Source: Monocercomonoides exilis PA203
Taxonomy: Eukaryota > Protista > Preaxostyla
Length of the DNA stretch: 64,000 bases
Reading direction: 5' to 3'
Assembly (NCBI GenBank): GCA_001643675.2
Contig: LSRY02000005.1
Span: 1,426,001 to 1,490,000 of the forward strand
The notes under the pieces are model-generated. The model did no database searches, was not told the origin of the DNA, and worked only from the letters and a program-made list of their open reading frames with translations. This document shows positions 35,667 through 47,900 of this stretch, in pieces. The translations under genes and the position numbers were made by a program. Each line of letters starts with the position of its first letter. The first letter of the stretch is position 1.

Positions 35667-38600
35667 ATGCTTTATTCGAGTATTAGTGTCTTTATAATTA
35701 TTTCCGCTCTGTTATGCACAGGAGATACCACTTGGAAAGGTGATGAATCCAAAAAGAACGATTTGCAGAAATATGGCATTAGAAGGCTAGAAAACATCTA
35801 TGAGACATACAAAAATGTGCATTCCTCACACAATGTAAATGCAATCAATATGGTGAAATATAATGTGATGCAGGTTTTAGATTCATCAGGCTGGTTGACA
35901 AATACAGAAAAAAGCTCAAAACGATTGCCAGTGGATGCAGAAAGGGAATTTGATCATAACTCTGTTACAGATGCATTCAATGATGGCAAGAATGAGTGGA
36001 GCTGGATTTGCAGCAGGATGATGGTTCTGAACGCATCGTTGGCTGTTGAGCGAATAAAAATTGACCAAAGATGCACATCTGCCATTTCTGTGAGGAATGA
36101 ATTGTCCACATTATCTGTAAGCGATTGCATCATAAATGCGGTGACAGAGACGGAATTATCTCCTTTTGATTCTGTTGGAGGAACAATAATATTGACGAAT
36201 ATTTCATTCCAAAGGACTTTTCGGAAGCAGGCATGGCCATCTCTTGTCTCAGCAAGCTCCTGCGCACAACCTTTGGCGGGAAGTGTTCATGTTTTGTGCT
36301 GCACATTTTCTTCGTTTTGTGCCTCGTTTGCGAATCCGTTCATTGGAGATGTCGATTTGTCATTTGCCTCAGCTTCTTTTTGCAGCTTCCACAACATTTC
36401 TGTTCAGAGCAGCAACAAAAACTTACCACAAAAGCATTCTTTGCAGGAGAGCAAAATGGAAGGCTGCACGGTCGCTGATTGTGTTTGCCCGTTTTATGGT
36501 GTTCTCATTTCTGGCTCTCGTGGATGTGGTTTTGGTTCATCAAACACTTCTTTCGTTCGTTCGAAAAACACCATCTCTCACCAAAACTTCACGAATGAAG
36601 CACAATCATTTTCAGAAGGAGAAATCAAATTTGAAGATTGCAGCTTCACCGAGTGCAGTGCTGTTCATGGTGGAGCAATAGCTGTAAATGAAAGTGCAAA
36701 GCTCACCGTTGACAAATGCACATTTTCCGAATGCACCGATACATTTGATGGCTATTATGGCTATGGAGGTGCTATTTTTAGCAATGGAAGTGACTGTAAC
36801 ATTGAAAATTCAATATTTAATTGTTGCAAAGGAACGGGAAATTTTCCTATCGGAGGAGCATTTACTCATATTACAAATAAATTTTCTCTGATAATTGGCT
36901 GTACATTTGAAAATTCTTCAGCAGCTTATGGAGGAAGCGTTGCATGGTTTACTGGAGGGTGCGGATCAATTTTCAACACTGTATTCAAAGGCAGTAAAGC
37001 ATTAAAATGTTATGCTGGAACGGTATTTCTACAACATCTTAAAGTTGATTTTGTGATGTCAAATTGTTATTTATTAAATGGAGATTCCCAGCGTGGTGCA
37101 GGAGGATTTGATGTTTGCGAAAATGATAACAATAAGAACGCCAAAATCCAGTTTTGTCTGTTTGAAAACAATACGGTGCAGAATTTGATGCATGCAGCAG
37201 ATATTTTTATTGGACCTGGATTTGGCTTGGATAATCACACAATTCAGATATTACAGAGTTTTACACTTTCAACAGCCCCAAGAAAAGTTGTGCAATGCAG
37301 TATATTTGCAGAGAGATGCGGAGATAAAGCTGTTCCATATGACTCATATCTGCCAACAGCTCAGCCAGAAATACACATCAGCAATTCTGGTAGAAATATG
37401 GACACTTGTGGAAGAACAGGATCAGAATGTCAAACAGTGGAATATGGAGTGACAAGATGGAATTCATATTTGGAGCAGAATGTTTTGATATCGAGTGAAG
37501 AATTCAAAGAAGATATGATTGGCATCGACTGGAGAAATATCGTTCTTGTCGGAGCAGAGAGCAACTCATCTGCAATAAAATGCAACGAAGCCTCGTCAAA
37601 TGACTGCTTGATCTCCATCGGCAATGGTTCGCTGAATGCAAAGAGGATTCAATTTGTTTGTGTGTTCAACCAATCTGCAATTGCAGTCAGCTCCTCAGGC
37701 TCAGTTCAGTTGGAGCTGTGCAGTTTCACCAAAAGTCCCCAATCAGCACAGCCATCAATAAAATCCCTGATTCAGGTTGATGAAGGCTCTTTAATGATGG
37801 AAATTGTGAATGTCTCTGGATTTGGATTTTCGCAAAGCTGTGTAATTGCTTTGTCAGATTGCAAGACTGTCTCTCTTGCCAATGCTTCATTCTGGGATGT
37901 TGAGAGCGAGCAGAATGGCGGATGCATGAATGCAGTGTGGAGCGAAAGAGCAGAGGATGGCTGCAGTGCTTCAATAAGCGGATGCACTTTTGAGCATTGT
38001 GTTGTTTCTGGTGATGGAAATGGAGGTGGGGCTCTGTTCCTCTCGCTGCCAAACACATCCTCAGCAACAATTTCGGAATGCTCCTTCGAAGAATGCGAGG
38101 CGCCTTTCGATTCGCAAGTGGGATTCGGGGGAGGGATCTTTCTGAATCTTGAGCACTCGGATGCAGCATTTGCCGTCATAAATCCTTCTTTTTCATCAGA
38201 AAAGCCAAACAAAGCGAAGCATGGAAACGACTTGTTTGTTCAATCGCCAGACCTGAAGGAATCGATCACGAACGAAACGCTTCCTTTTGCTTATGCGCTT
38301 GGGCATAGCTCCTTTGATGATTTGCGCGGGTTCCATGGAAATGATCACGAGCATTCGATTCCGTTGATTCTGTTTCTGGAGGAAGTTGGAAGCACAGTCC
38401 ATGCGGGAAGCAACAATGGTGCTGATACTGTGGTGTGTGGATTCTCGGATTATCCGTGCCAATCGGTTGATTATTGCGTGGAGAGGCTGACAGAATTGAG
38501 TGCAAAGACAATAGCTATCGTAAAATCAGCAACATTCAAAAACGAAATGATATTACATGATATTAACTTGAGATCGTCGAACGCTTCAAAAGCGGAAATC

Positions 38601-41600
38601 GTTTGCTCCAAGTCGCTGAATGCTGTGACTGGAAAAGTGATGGCAGCCACGGGGAATGTGTCCATCGAGCTAATCCGCTTTTTATTGCCGTCTTCGTTCG
38701 ATGCTGAGATAGAAGCGTTGATATTCTTGACTTCTGAGAGCAACATGTCACTGACAAAGTGCATATTTGGTGTGCAAATGGGAGAGCCCAGCCAGATAAG
38801 TTATTGGCTGTTTCAAATCTGCGGAGGGATACTCAATATTGATGACTGCCAGATTGATTCAGATTGCCTCTGCCAGTCGCCTATCGCAGCGAGAGGGAAT
38901 GGCGCAGCAGCTCCGACAGTTATCTCTCTTAAAGTGAATGGATTTATCCTTTGCGATTATCCTCTGATTCATGTTATCGCATCGTCAACATCCAAACTAT
39001 TGAATGATGGTGCGACGAGTGACGAGGTTATCTCTCTTTCCCAATGCTCTTTTGAAGGGATAACAAATGGCAATGCAAATAGCGCTGTGTTGATTTCGTC
39101 CTCAATTTCGAGCCATGTGGAGTGCTTGCATTGGAATGTCACGAATGCCAAAGGCGCTGAGAGCATGGAAGGAGGCGCAATGAAAGTTGTTGTTGAAGCA
39201 CAAGGGCAATTTACGATGGAAAATGCCACATTCACGAAATGCTGCGCAGAGTGTGAAACAGGTGGAAAAGGAGGAGGGGTCTATTTCGACTGCTCGGCTT
39301 CCAATGCATTCTCCTTCCAGCAGATAGCCTTCGATCAGTGCTCTGCAAAACATGGGAAAAACATGTTCTTTCTTTCGTCAGACCTGAATGCTTCCATCAC
39401 AAAGCAGACATTGGCATTTGAAGTCAGCGAGACAGCGGGAGATAAAAATCTGTTTGTGGGGAACGACAGCACGAAGACAAACTTCGATCTTTGCCGATTT
39501 CTGATTGGATTTGCTTCTCAAGAAATCCATCTCAGCAAGAACAGCGGGTGGGATGTTCTGCGGTGTGGGAGTGCGGAAGAGCCGTGTGCAACAATGGAGT
39601 TTGGGCAGAACCATTTTCGTGCTTTGGATGAGCCAGCGCAACCTCCCATGAACACTTTTCTGATCGTCGATGAAGCTCAGGTGAACAGCGAGGTCGATAT
39701 TTCAAACGTCACTGTGACTTCAGTTGATACCAAGTCTCGCCCTGCCCTGACTTTTGGAGCAGCCATCTCGCCTCAGGCAGGAAAAGAAGAAGAAAGCGAT
39801 TCTGTGCTGACAAACACCGGCACGTGCACCCTTGTTAACATTGAGATCTGCTGCGGGGATGGATCTGAATGGAAGCAGACGAAGCTGATAAGCACAGCTG
39901 GCAGCGCTTTTGCAGCTCAAAGCTGCTCGTTTGCCAGCGCTTCTGATGCAGCCATTCCTTATTGTGTTGTTGCCTGCTTGTCGGGAACATGCGAAATATC
40001 ATTCTGCTCGTTCCAATCCATCAAATGCAAAAGTCACATTCTGATGGCATCTCATGAGAGCAGCATTGACTTGACGAATGTCTCGATGAGCAGCATGGAA
40101 CTGATGGGCAAAAGCATTGTGACAGTGTTGGTGCAGACCGAGTGGGGAGGCGAGTCGCAGAGATTGAATGAAGGTGACAGTCCAACAGTGCAACTGAAAT
40201 GCTGCACGCTCCATTCGCTTCTCCAAAATGCTCCATCTGAGCCCTCCATCATCAGCTGCACTGGCAGCGAGCCTTGCAGCGTGTCTGTGCAAAACACATC
40301 GATGAAGAACTGTGGAAGCAGCGAAAGCGAGAAAGGTGGAGGAATGATCGTGAGCCTGAGCGAAGGAGGCTTTTTCGAGTGCCGTTTTTCGGCTGTCTCG
40401 GAGTGTTTCTGCTCAGAAAGTGGAAGAGGAGGCGCAATATTCCTGGATTGCTCATCTATCGCGAGCGATGGTCCTTTGCCGTTCCTCTTGGAAAACACAA
40501 CTTTCATGAACAACAAGGCGCTCACAGGACGAGACCTGTATGTGAGATGCACGAATATCAAATCTCAAATCAGCATTGAGCTCTTCCAGCTCGACTTCAG
40601 ACCTCCGTTTGTTCGGGATCTTGCAATGTGGGGATGCACCGCACAGAATTATTATGACGAGGAAGATTTGTTGGAGCTGATTGTTGTGTATCAGAGCGAG
40701 ACAATATTTGCGTCTTCTTCAGCTGACAACTCCTCTGACACGCTCCAGTGTGGTGCAATCAGCGGGCCATGCTCTTCGTTGAATGTTGCTTTGTCACACA
40801 TCATTCCCTCTGCTTACAGCAATTTGCTGATTGACAAAAACGCGCTGGTGTCTGGCGAAGCAAGTGCGCATGATGTGACGATCAAGTCGCTGGAGCAAGA
40901 AAGCGACAAAGGGGTGCTCCACCTGAACTGTTTCATCGAGAGCAAGACTGGCTGTCTCGTTGCATGTTCGTCGAGAGTGAAAGTGGAGTTTCTGACGATT
41001 CTGTTTGGGAATGCTTTTTCTTCTTCTCATTCCAGCTTAATATCGCTTGCTGATGGCAACTTGTCGATTGCAGACACAATCTTTGCTCAAGAAGCTTCTG
41101 GTGGAGGATCTGGAATTGAACTGAATTGCTCGATTGTTGAAATGAGCGGTGGAAGATTGACGATGTCTGACTGCACTTTTGCTGGCCTCCGTCTCAGTTC
41201 TTCATGTCTGGTAGCAAGTCGTGGGGAATATTTCTCGTGTGCATTTCTGAATTTCACAGATGTTATTTCTGGAGTGCTGATGGATTTCCACGATCTGGCA
41301 AAGCTGTCCATGCAGCAGGTGCATGCATCCAATTGCAGCGCTCAGCGATCAGGCCTCATTCTTCGCAACTGCAAAGACTGTCAGCTCCAGAACATTCAGA
41401 TGAGAGGCACTCGGAGCGGATCAAACATGATTGTGCTTTCCTCAGATGGTTCGGGAGGGCATTCAAACATCCAGGGCAATCATTTGGAATTCGATGATGC
41501 TCGCGTTTCAAGTGAATCGTTGGTTTCTGTTGAATGCCAAGATTCAGATGTTGAGATGAATTTCTTGGCTGTTTCAAACGCAGTGCTTGGGGATGGGTGC

Positions 41601-43841
41601 GCAGTGAGAGTGACATCGAATGCTTCGGCATTCCATTTGAAGCAGTCATCATTTCAAAACATAACCCGAGATTCGCTTGGCCCGTGCTGCTTGGCTGCTT
41701 CGTCTTCGTCTTTGTTGCTGGAATTGGAGAACTGCTCGAACAAAAAGTGTGCTTCGCGATCTGAAAAAGGGAGCATTGCAGCATTGGCAGATTTGGCAGA
41801 TGCTTGCATGTCTTCGTGTGCGTTTGACGGAGCAGCAAGCGCGTCAGAGTTGAGAGCGAACGATGAGCGATCAGAAGAGCTGTGCCAGTGGAGCGGATCG
41901 ATGGTTGATCTTCAGAATTGCACAGGAAGGATAATAGACACGAGCATTGCCAACTCGTCGAAAGGAGGGCTGTCTGTGTCAGGTGGAAGCATTTCCATTC
42001 AATTTGGATTGTTTGCCAACAACAGCCCGAATGCAGCAGGCTATCCATCCATGAGGAACAACATCGTCTGTTCAGACCATGCGCTGCTGAACATTCAAAG
42101 TCTGAAAGGCGGGGATGGTTTAAAAGAGAACTCATCACTTTGGGTTTTGAACTTGGGATGCAGTCTCTCTGGAATTGTTTCAGAAAGAGCCTCTCCGTTC
42201 TTCATTCCGCAGCTGGTTTCAGTGAAGTCTCATCAGCAAGGCAACACTCTTGCGATTGATCTCGCTGGCTCCTTGCTCCTGCCATGTGGCTTGTCCCTCC
42301 AGGTTGATTCCTTCGATGGCTCGGTTCACAATCTGCAGGTGTATCCGCTGCAAGCAGAAGAGTTTGCAAGTGAAACAGAGATTCACACAGCCATTCCAGC
42401 CTCAATTGTTACAACTGCATCTGAGGCAACAGAAGTGTCTGTGAAGATCTTGTTTGGAGGGGCTGAATCTCCAGCCTCAACTGATTCATTCATTCTGAAG
42501 AACAGAAGCGAGATTGAGCCAAAAGGAGATGAAAGAATTGTTGAAGGAGGAAAAGAAGAAAAATCGATATGGCCTATAATTGTAATTATTGTGTGCACTG
42601 TTTGTATAATACTGCTTGTAGTCATTGTTGTTTTGGCTGTAAGATGGAGAAGAGCAAAGAATGAGAATAAAGATCTGAGAGAGATTGTGAATGACTCTGT
42701 GAAGAAGGATCCGAAGCTGATTGAAATGACGACAATGGAGATGTCACCTGAAGCGCAGTGGCGAAGAGCGGAGAAGGAGGCAGAGAAGAAGAATGATGAG
42801 AGGTTTAAGAAGAGAGTGTTTGAGAAAAGTTTGGGGCACTCCGAGTCATCAGAGCATTTGCTGAGTGAAAGTGGTTCCACTGAATATATTTTGGAGAGAG
42901 ATTCAGACAAGATTCCTGATTGGGCATTGGAAAAGGTTGATGAGAAAGAAGATGATGATGAAGAGACAAGAAAGAGAACTCCATCGCCATCCATCTCATC
43001 TACTTCAACGACCGATTCTGATTCAACTTTTGTTCGAACAGAGAGTCTGTGCCCAACCACTTCATCAATGTCGAACTTGGTGGATGCAATGGCTTGCTCA
43101 TCCCCTCATGAAAAGCTGATTGTGGATCTGAGGGATTCGCTGTTCATGCTTCTTCATGGAAAGAATGAGAAAAAGGAGATGGCGATTGGTACTCTGCAAG
43201 AAAGAGAGCAGACAGCTGCCCAGGTCTTGTTCTGGGTTGCTAATCTCTCACTTCACTCGTTTGATGAAATGGACAATCCACTTCAGTCGTTTGCCAATCT
43301 AAGTCCTCACATTGTGTTGTTCTCGGAGCATATGGTGATCTGCATTGCGATGCACTCTGATTGTTCTTCTGATGATTCAGATTCAGATTCATCATCTGTT
43401 TTTTCGTGCTCGTCTGACTGCTCGACTGTGAGTGATGATGATAGAAACTCCCTTCCTTCATCAGCGTTTGAGGATGACGAGGACAATCGATATGAGTGCA
43501 TGCGGTGGAAGGCGCCGGAGCTGCTGATGAACAAGAAGATGGGAGCAACAAAAGAATCAGTGTCATTTTCGATTGGGATGATGCTGTGGGAGTGTCTGAC
43601 ACTGGAGATCCCATTTGATGAGTATGAGGGAGAAGTGGCAGGGCAGAAGATTGTGAATGGAGAGAGGCCGAGTGTGGATGGCGTGATAGAGTCGAATCTT
43701 GCAGAAGCAGTAGAGGGGTGCTGGGCAGGGGAAAGCGAAGCCAGGCCGAGTGTTGTTGAGCTGAAGAGGGTGTTTATTCAGCACTTCCCGAAAGAGGCGA
43801 TGGTTATGACGGTGTCAGATGCGATCGACTTTGCAACGTGA
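35667..43841 (+). CDS. Giant type-I membrane protein: signal peptide, Cys-rich beta-helix/adhesin-like repeats, one TM, degenerate cytoplasmic kinase domain
   Basis: Signal-like N-terminus MLYSSISVFIIISALLC. Repeated GGAI/GGAL/GGGIF and CG....PC.(S/T) modules. TM WPIIVIIVCTVCIILLVVIVVLAVRWRR. Kinase C-lobe RWKAPELL...SFSIGMMLWECLTLEIPF...CWAGESEARPS. Intronless. Confidence 0.88.
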   Translation: MLYSSISVFIIISALLCTGDTTWKGDESKKNDLQKYGIRRLENIYETYKNVHSSHNVNAINMVKYNVMQVLDSSGWLTNTEKSSKRLPVDAEREFDHNSVTDAFNDGKNEWSWICSRMMVLNASLAVERIKIDQRCTSAISVRNELSTLSVSDCIINAVTETELSPFDSVGGTIILTNISFQRTFRKQAWPSLVSASSCAQPLAGSVHVLCCTFSSFCASFANPFIGDVDLSFASASFCSFHNISVQSSNKNLPQKHSLQESKMEGCTVADCVCPFYGVLISGSRGCGFGSSNTSFVRSKNTISHQNFTNEAQSFSEGEIKFEDCSFTECSAVHGGAIAVNESAKLTVDKCTFSECTDTFDGYYGYGGAIFSNGSDCNIENSIFNCCKGTGNFPIGGAFTHITNKFSLIIGCTFENSSAAYGGSVAWFTGGCGSIFNTVFKGSKALKCYAGTVFLQHLKVDFVMSNCYLLNGDSQRGAGGFDVCENDNNKNAKIQFCLFENNTVQNLMHAADIFIGPGFGLDNHTIQILQSFTLSTAPRKVVQCSIFAERCGDKAVPYDSYLPTAQPEIHISNSGRNMDTCGRTGSECQTVEYGVTRWNSYLEQNVLISSEEFKEDMIGIDWRNIVLVGAESNSSAIKCNEASSNDCLISIGNGSLNAKRIQFVCVFNQSAIAVSSSGSVQLELCSFTKSPQSAQPSIKSLIQVDEGSLMMEIVNVSGFGFSQSCVIALSDCKTVSLANASFWDVESEQNGGCMNAVWSERAEDGCSASISGCTFEHCVVSGDGNGGGALFLSLPNTSSATISECSFEECEAPFDSQVGFGGGIFLNLEHSDAAFAVINPSFSSEKPNKAKHGNDLFVQSPDLKESITNETLPFAYALGHSSFDDLRGFHGNDHEHSIPLILFLEEVGSTVHAGSNNGADTVVCGFSDYPCQSVDYCVERLTELSAKTIAIVKSATFKNEMILHDINLRSSNASKAEIVCSKSLNAVTGKVMAATGNVSIELIRFLLPSSFDAEIEALIFLTSESNMSLTKCIFGVQMGEPSQISYWLFQICGGILNIDDCQIDSDCLCQSPIAARGNGAAAPTVISLKVNGFILCDYPLIHVIASSTSKLLNDGATSDEVISLSQCSFEGITNGNANSAVLISSSISSHVECLHWNVTNAKGAESMEGGAMKVVVEAQGQFTMENATFTKCCAECETGGKGGGVYFDCSASNAFSFQQIAFDQCSAKHGKNMFFLSSDLNASITKQTLAFEVSETAGDKNLFVGNDSTKTNFDLCRFLIGFASQEIHLSKNSGWDVLRCGSAEEPCATMEFGQNHFRALDEPAQPPMNTFLIVDEAQVNSEVDISNVTVTSVDTKSRPALTFGAAISPQAGKEEESDSVLTNTGTCTLVNIEICCGDGSEWKQTKLISTAGSAFAAQSCSFASASDAAIPYCVVACLSGTCEISFCSFQSIKCKSHILMASHESSIDLTNVSMSSMELMGKSIVTVLVQTEWGGESQRLNEGDSPTVQLKCCTLHSLLQNAPSEPSIISCTGSEPCSVSVQNTSMKNCGSSESEKGGGMIVSLSEGGFFECRFSAVSECFCSESGRGGAIFLDCSSIASDGPLPFLLENTTFMNNKALTGRDLYVRCTNIKSQISIELFQLDFRPPFVRDLAMWGCTAQNYYDEEDLLELIVVYQSETIFASSSADNSSDTLQCGAISGPCSSLNVALSHIIPSAYSNLLIDKNALVSGEASAHDVTIKSLEQESDKGVLHLNCFIESKTGCLVACSSRVKVEFLTILFGNAFSSSHSSLISLADGNLSIADTIFAQEASGGGSGIELNCSIVEMSGGRLTMSDCTFAGLRLSSSCLVASRGEYFSCAFLNFTDVISGVLMDFHDLAKLSMQQVHASNCSAQRSGLILRNCKDCQLQNIQMRGTRSGSNMIVLSSDGSGGHSNIQGNHLEFDDARVSSESLVSVECQDSDVEMNFLAVSNAVLGDGCAVRVTSNASAFHLKQSSFQNITRDSLGPCCLAASSSSLLLELENCSNKKCASRSEKGSIAALADLADACMSSCAFDGAASASELRANDERSEELCQWSGSMVDLQNCTGRIIDTSIANSSKGGLSVSGGSISIQFGLFANNSPNAAGYPSMRNNIVCSDHALLNIQSLKGGDGLKENSSLWVLNLGCSLSGIVSERASPFFIPQLVSVKSHQQGNTLAIDLAGSLLLPCGLSLQVDSFDGSVHNLQVYPLQAEEFASETEIHTAIPASIVTTASEATEVSVKILFGGAESPASTDSFILKNRSEIEPKGDERIVEGGKEEKSIWPIIVIIVCTVCIILLVVIVVLAVRWRRAKNENKDLREIVNDSVKKDPKLIEMTTMEMSPEAQWRRAEKEAEKKNDERFKKRVFEKSLGHSESSEHLLSESGSTEYILERDSDKIPDWALEKVDEKEDDDEETRKRTPSPSISSTSTTDSDSTFVRTESLCPTTSSMSNLVDAMACSSPHEKLIVDLRDSLFMLLHGKNEKKEMAIGTLQEREQTAAQVLFWVANLSLHSFDEMDNPLQSFANLSPHIVLFSEHMVICIAMHSDCSSDDSDSDSSSVFSCSSDCSTVSDDDRNSLPSSAFEDDEDNRYECMRWKAPELLMNKKMGATKESVSFSIGMMLWECLTLEIPFDEYEGEVAGQKIVNGERPSVDGVIESNLAEAVEGCWAGESEARPSVVELKRVFIQHFPKEAMVMTVSDAIDFAT

Positions 43842-44967
43842 AGAAGTGGAGTGGGATGGGAGGTGGCTGCCTGGAAAGAGAATGTGGGTGATGTGGAGAA
43901 GAGTTTGTTGGGGAACTGCGAATTGGGGAAATGAGAATTGAAATCGAAGAGTTGTTCTGGTTGATGGAGGTTGTGCGAGAGACTGATTAAAGGGATTCGC
44001 TCAATGTTAGAAAATGTATTGTGTGTGGTTTTGGTATCGCCAATACTTGTAATTCAAATATTTATATCTTTTTATTGACTTTTTAATTCATACATGCATT
44101 TCCATTTCACGCTTTCTGTTATTAAGAGACAATTTCAATGCATCATATTTTGTTCTGTGTATTCAACTTTCAAGTTTAATGATAATTGTGCTTTTGAGCA
44201 CATTTAAAACTTTTTTGCTTTATCCGTCGTTGTTTTACAAGATTTTTCTTTTTTGTTTTATATATCATCACCTGTTTGAAGCACCACTTTGTGAGAATTG
44301 CCTCTGGCTATCTCTTTTTTGTTCTGCTTTTCCATTCATATGTGTAATTCCAAAATGTTGAATTTTTTCATTTGTGCACGATTTCTCTGATATGCTTTAT
44401 AATCATAATTTTTCAAACACCATTGATTTTTAATCATTAAAATTTGTTTCTTCTGAGTTTGTTATTTTTCGTTGTTATAAATATAAGTTTTTGAAAGGGG
44501 AAAACTGAATAAAAACACCATCAGTCTTTTAAATATATGCTTATTTTGAAAAATGCTTGAATAAAAAATTGCTTGTCAAAATGAAAACAAGAAAAATATC
44601 TTTGAACTCAAAAAAATTCGCTTAAAGTTCGCTCGATAAAAAAGCAGATTAGAGAGGAAATGGTCGACTTGTCCATTTTTGACAGGAGAAAAAAATATTT
44701 CCATCCATTTTAAAAAAGTCACTGTGTAATTTCACAATCCATCAATTATCATAATAAAATCCAAGATTCAAAATGTGCTCGTTCTGCATTCCAATCTGCT
44801 CTCTTTTCTTGCTTTTAATGGCGATTCCGGTTTATTTGGAAAGCATGGCTCGAGCTGAAAAAGAGAATTAGCTAAAATAGTATGTGTTCCATACTGAAAA
44901 ATTAATTGTTACTGAGCGAAAGGCTTCTCAGCAAGAGGAATTAACTCAACCAGTCCATCAGTATTAT

Positions 44968-47900
44968 CTACCAGACAATAATGTTTTTTATCTCTGCTTC
45001 GGAAATTGAAGTTGCAGTTACTGGTTCGCACTGCACTATTTCAACCCATCCTCCCTTTGCACCTCCGCCAACGCCGAATCTTAGCAGGCGTGGAATTTCT
45101 TTGAAAACAACAGGCTCTTTGACTCCATCAACAGAAAAAGTGAGCGTTCTCGAAGTCATATCCACTTCCAACCCAACTTCGTTCTCATCCTTCCAACATC
45201 CAATAAATTGATTAAACTTTCCTCTGTGTGCAACACCCTCATTTGCATACCACGCAATAGATTTATCGTCAGCTCCTAAACAGAAACTATACTTTTGCTT
45301 CCAATCCCCTTCGCATATGCCAATCACAGGAATCCACAAACACCCCTCAGACAGCATTCCATGCGTCTTTATCACAAATCTCCAGCAACCAGAAGAAATA
45401 GCATTTCCAGTCAAAACTGTTGCACCATCATTTTCTATCCAACTAACTTTATTTCCTTCAACACGAATGTAATTCGGAGTTTCTGATGAAGAAAAACCGA
45501 ATTTCACGCTTGTAACATGTGAGTCAGAATCAGATTGCCGAGTAAAACTTATTGCAGAAGGAGGGGTGCATGCCAGCATCTGACGTTGCAAAGAAATTGA
45601 AGAAAGAGAAGAAGAAGAGGAGGAGGAAGATGGAGAAGAAGAGGAAGAAGACGAAGATGGATGAGGAAAAAAAGAAGAAAAGAATGAAGCTGATGTCGAT
45701 GCTGATGCAACTTGCGGATCATTCGCCCATCGGATTTTTGTGTCAAGCTTGTTCGATTTTTCAGTTTCTTGAATGAAATATTCGAGCACATCAAGCTGAG
45801 CACTCTGCCAAAAGCCTCCAAGTCCAACAGCAAAACAAACATTTTCTGGAATATTACTTATATAAATAGATTGCCTTCGTTTTTTGATATAGAATGCAGC
45901 TGTGTGCTCATCTGCATTGATTTCAATTGCCACTGGTTCATCAAAAGCGAACGGGTTAACACTGCCAACATAATTATTGTTGACAACAACAGCTCCATCC
46001 ATTCGAAGTCCCAACGAACCGGGAATTTTCCCAAGTTCTTCGATTTCTGTGAACTTCGTCGCTCTGTGAGTGATCGGAATGGCTGGCATCCTGCACAGCG
46101 AAGAATCAACAATCCCAATAATTGGAGGCAGGTGGCCAGGTTTCTGAGCATTGCGACTGAAGATAACAGAAAAATGCCATATTCCACTGCGAATAATACG
46201 CTTTGCGTTCAGCCACACGCGCTTCTCCCTTCCGCATATAACGTGCAGGCGATCATCATCCACAGCAAGCCCATCAACACGCGGATAGTCAAATCTCGCG
46301 AGAGACTCGTCCATTGCAAACACGACAGGGCAGTCTCTCTCAGACACACAGCCAAATGCCGATGAAGGTAACTTTTCGAATCGGATGATTGTTGCTTGCG
46401 AACCTTCCTTTCCCATCTTCACGCCCAGTTGTACAGCTGGTGGCAAATCAGTGAAATAAACAGGCTGACGAATGCCTCTGTTAAAAAAACACATTCTCCG
46501 CATATTCATGTCGACTTCCACACCAATTACACATATTATTCTTCCTGTGCTGTCATTATGCTCTGTTTCAAACGGTTCGTTTCCACTTATAATGTTGCTC
46601 TTTCCAACGGCAACACCTCCATTTGACGTATAGCTACAGGAATTGATATCATCGCCAAAACAATTCAAGTCTGTCAGCCCAATTCGAGGAATCCCAGCAA
46701 TTCCGATGCCAATCATCTCCCCTTCGTCAAAATCGCAATCACATTCTTGTTCTTTTTTTGTTGTGTCTTCTGAGGTCGTACCGTCAGCAGTTGAGCTGCC
46801 ACAAGCTGCATCTGGCCAGCCAAGCTCCACCTCAAGACGCCAAATGCCTTCGATGATGACCATTTGCGTGACAGCCATTCCAGGCTGAGTCTTTTTCCAG
46901 AGAACAGTCGATTCATCAATACTCAGCGCTTCAATTAGTCCTTCTTCGCTGGGGCGAGCAAACGTCTTCAAGCACATATCACCTCCCCAAGTCATTGGCT
47001 CGTCGCTCTCTTCTGGCTGAAATTTCGAGAAAATACATCTTTTGAATCTGGCGATTTCGACCTTGTCGCCTTTCATGAAGAGACCAACACCCAGCACAAT
47101 CTGAGAAGGAATGTTTGTAAAATAAACTGGATGCCTTTCTTTGTTGCTGTAAAAGCACAGCCTTCTCTTGTTCATGTCAATTTCCATCTCAACTGTTCCG
47201 TCGTCTGACCATTTTATGCCTTTAGCATTGCTTTTTCTGTTTTCGTACCACACGTCTCCATTTTGGAACAATGCCACAGAATTCGCATCTCTTCCAAAAG
47301 GTTCAGAAGAACTTAACTGAGGCAAGAAAAGTGACGCTCCAACAAACGGCATCAACTTATTTCTTTCGGAGCTCTTTCTCTGAACTTTGAACTTCACACG
47401 CCAGATACCCTTTGTTATCACCAGCTTTGTGGTGATCATTCGGAATATAGACTCATTCCACAAGGCTGTCGTGCGCTTCCCATCGAGTGCAACATACTCT
47501 GCATCTTCCTTTGAAACAGAAAAATACAAATTTTGTTCTTCGCTTCTTGTTGTCTGTGTTGAGAGAGAGCGGGTGTAAGTTGAAAGGGCTCGATTGAAAA
47601 ATCCATGGTCTCGAATAGCCTGCTCTAATTGCACTCGTTTGAAATGCTCCAGTTTGTACAAGAACAGAAGCTGCTTATACCTGTCTGAGCTGTTTGGTTT
47701 AGAATAAGCACAAGGAAAAATATTATTGTTTTGAATTGTTATTAACAAGCAACTTAAAAAATAGAGAAAACTGAAGAACCTCTTTTCTTCTTCTGTTATG
47801 TTTGGTCTTGCTGGAATAACAAAATTCCTTCGTTTTATATGTTCGTTGATAATGGGCAATGAGATAAGTTTGTCTGTCGTAGGCCTTTCACTTTCCTCCT

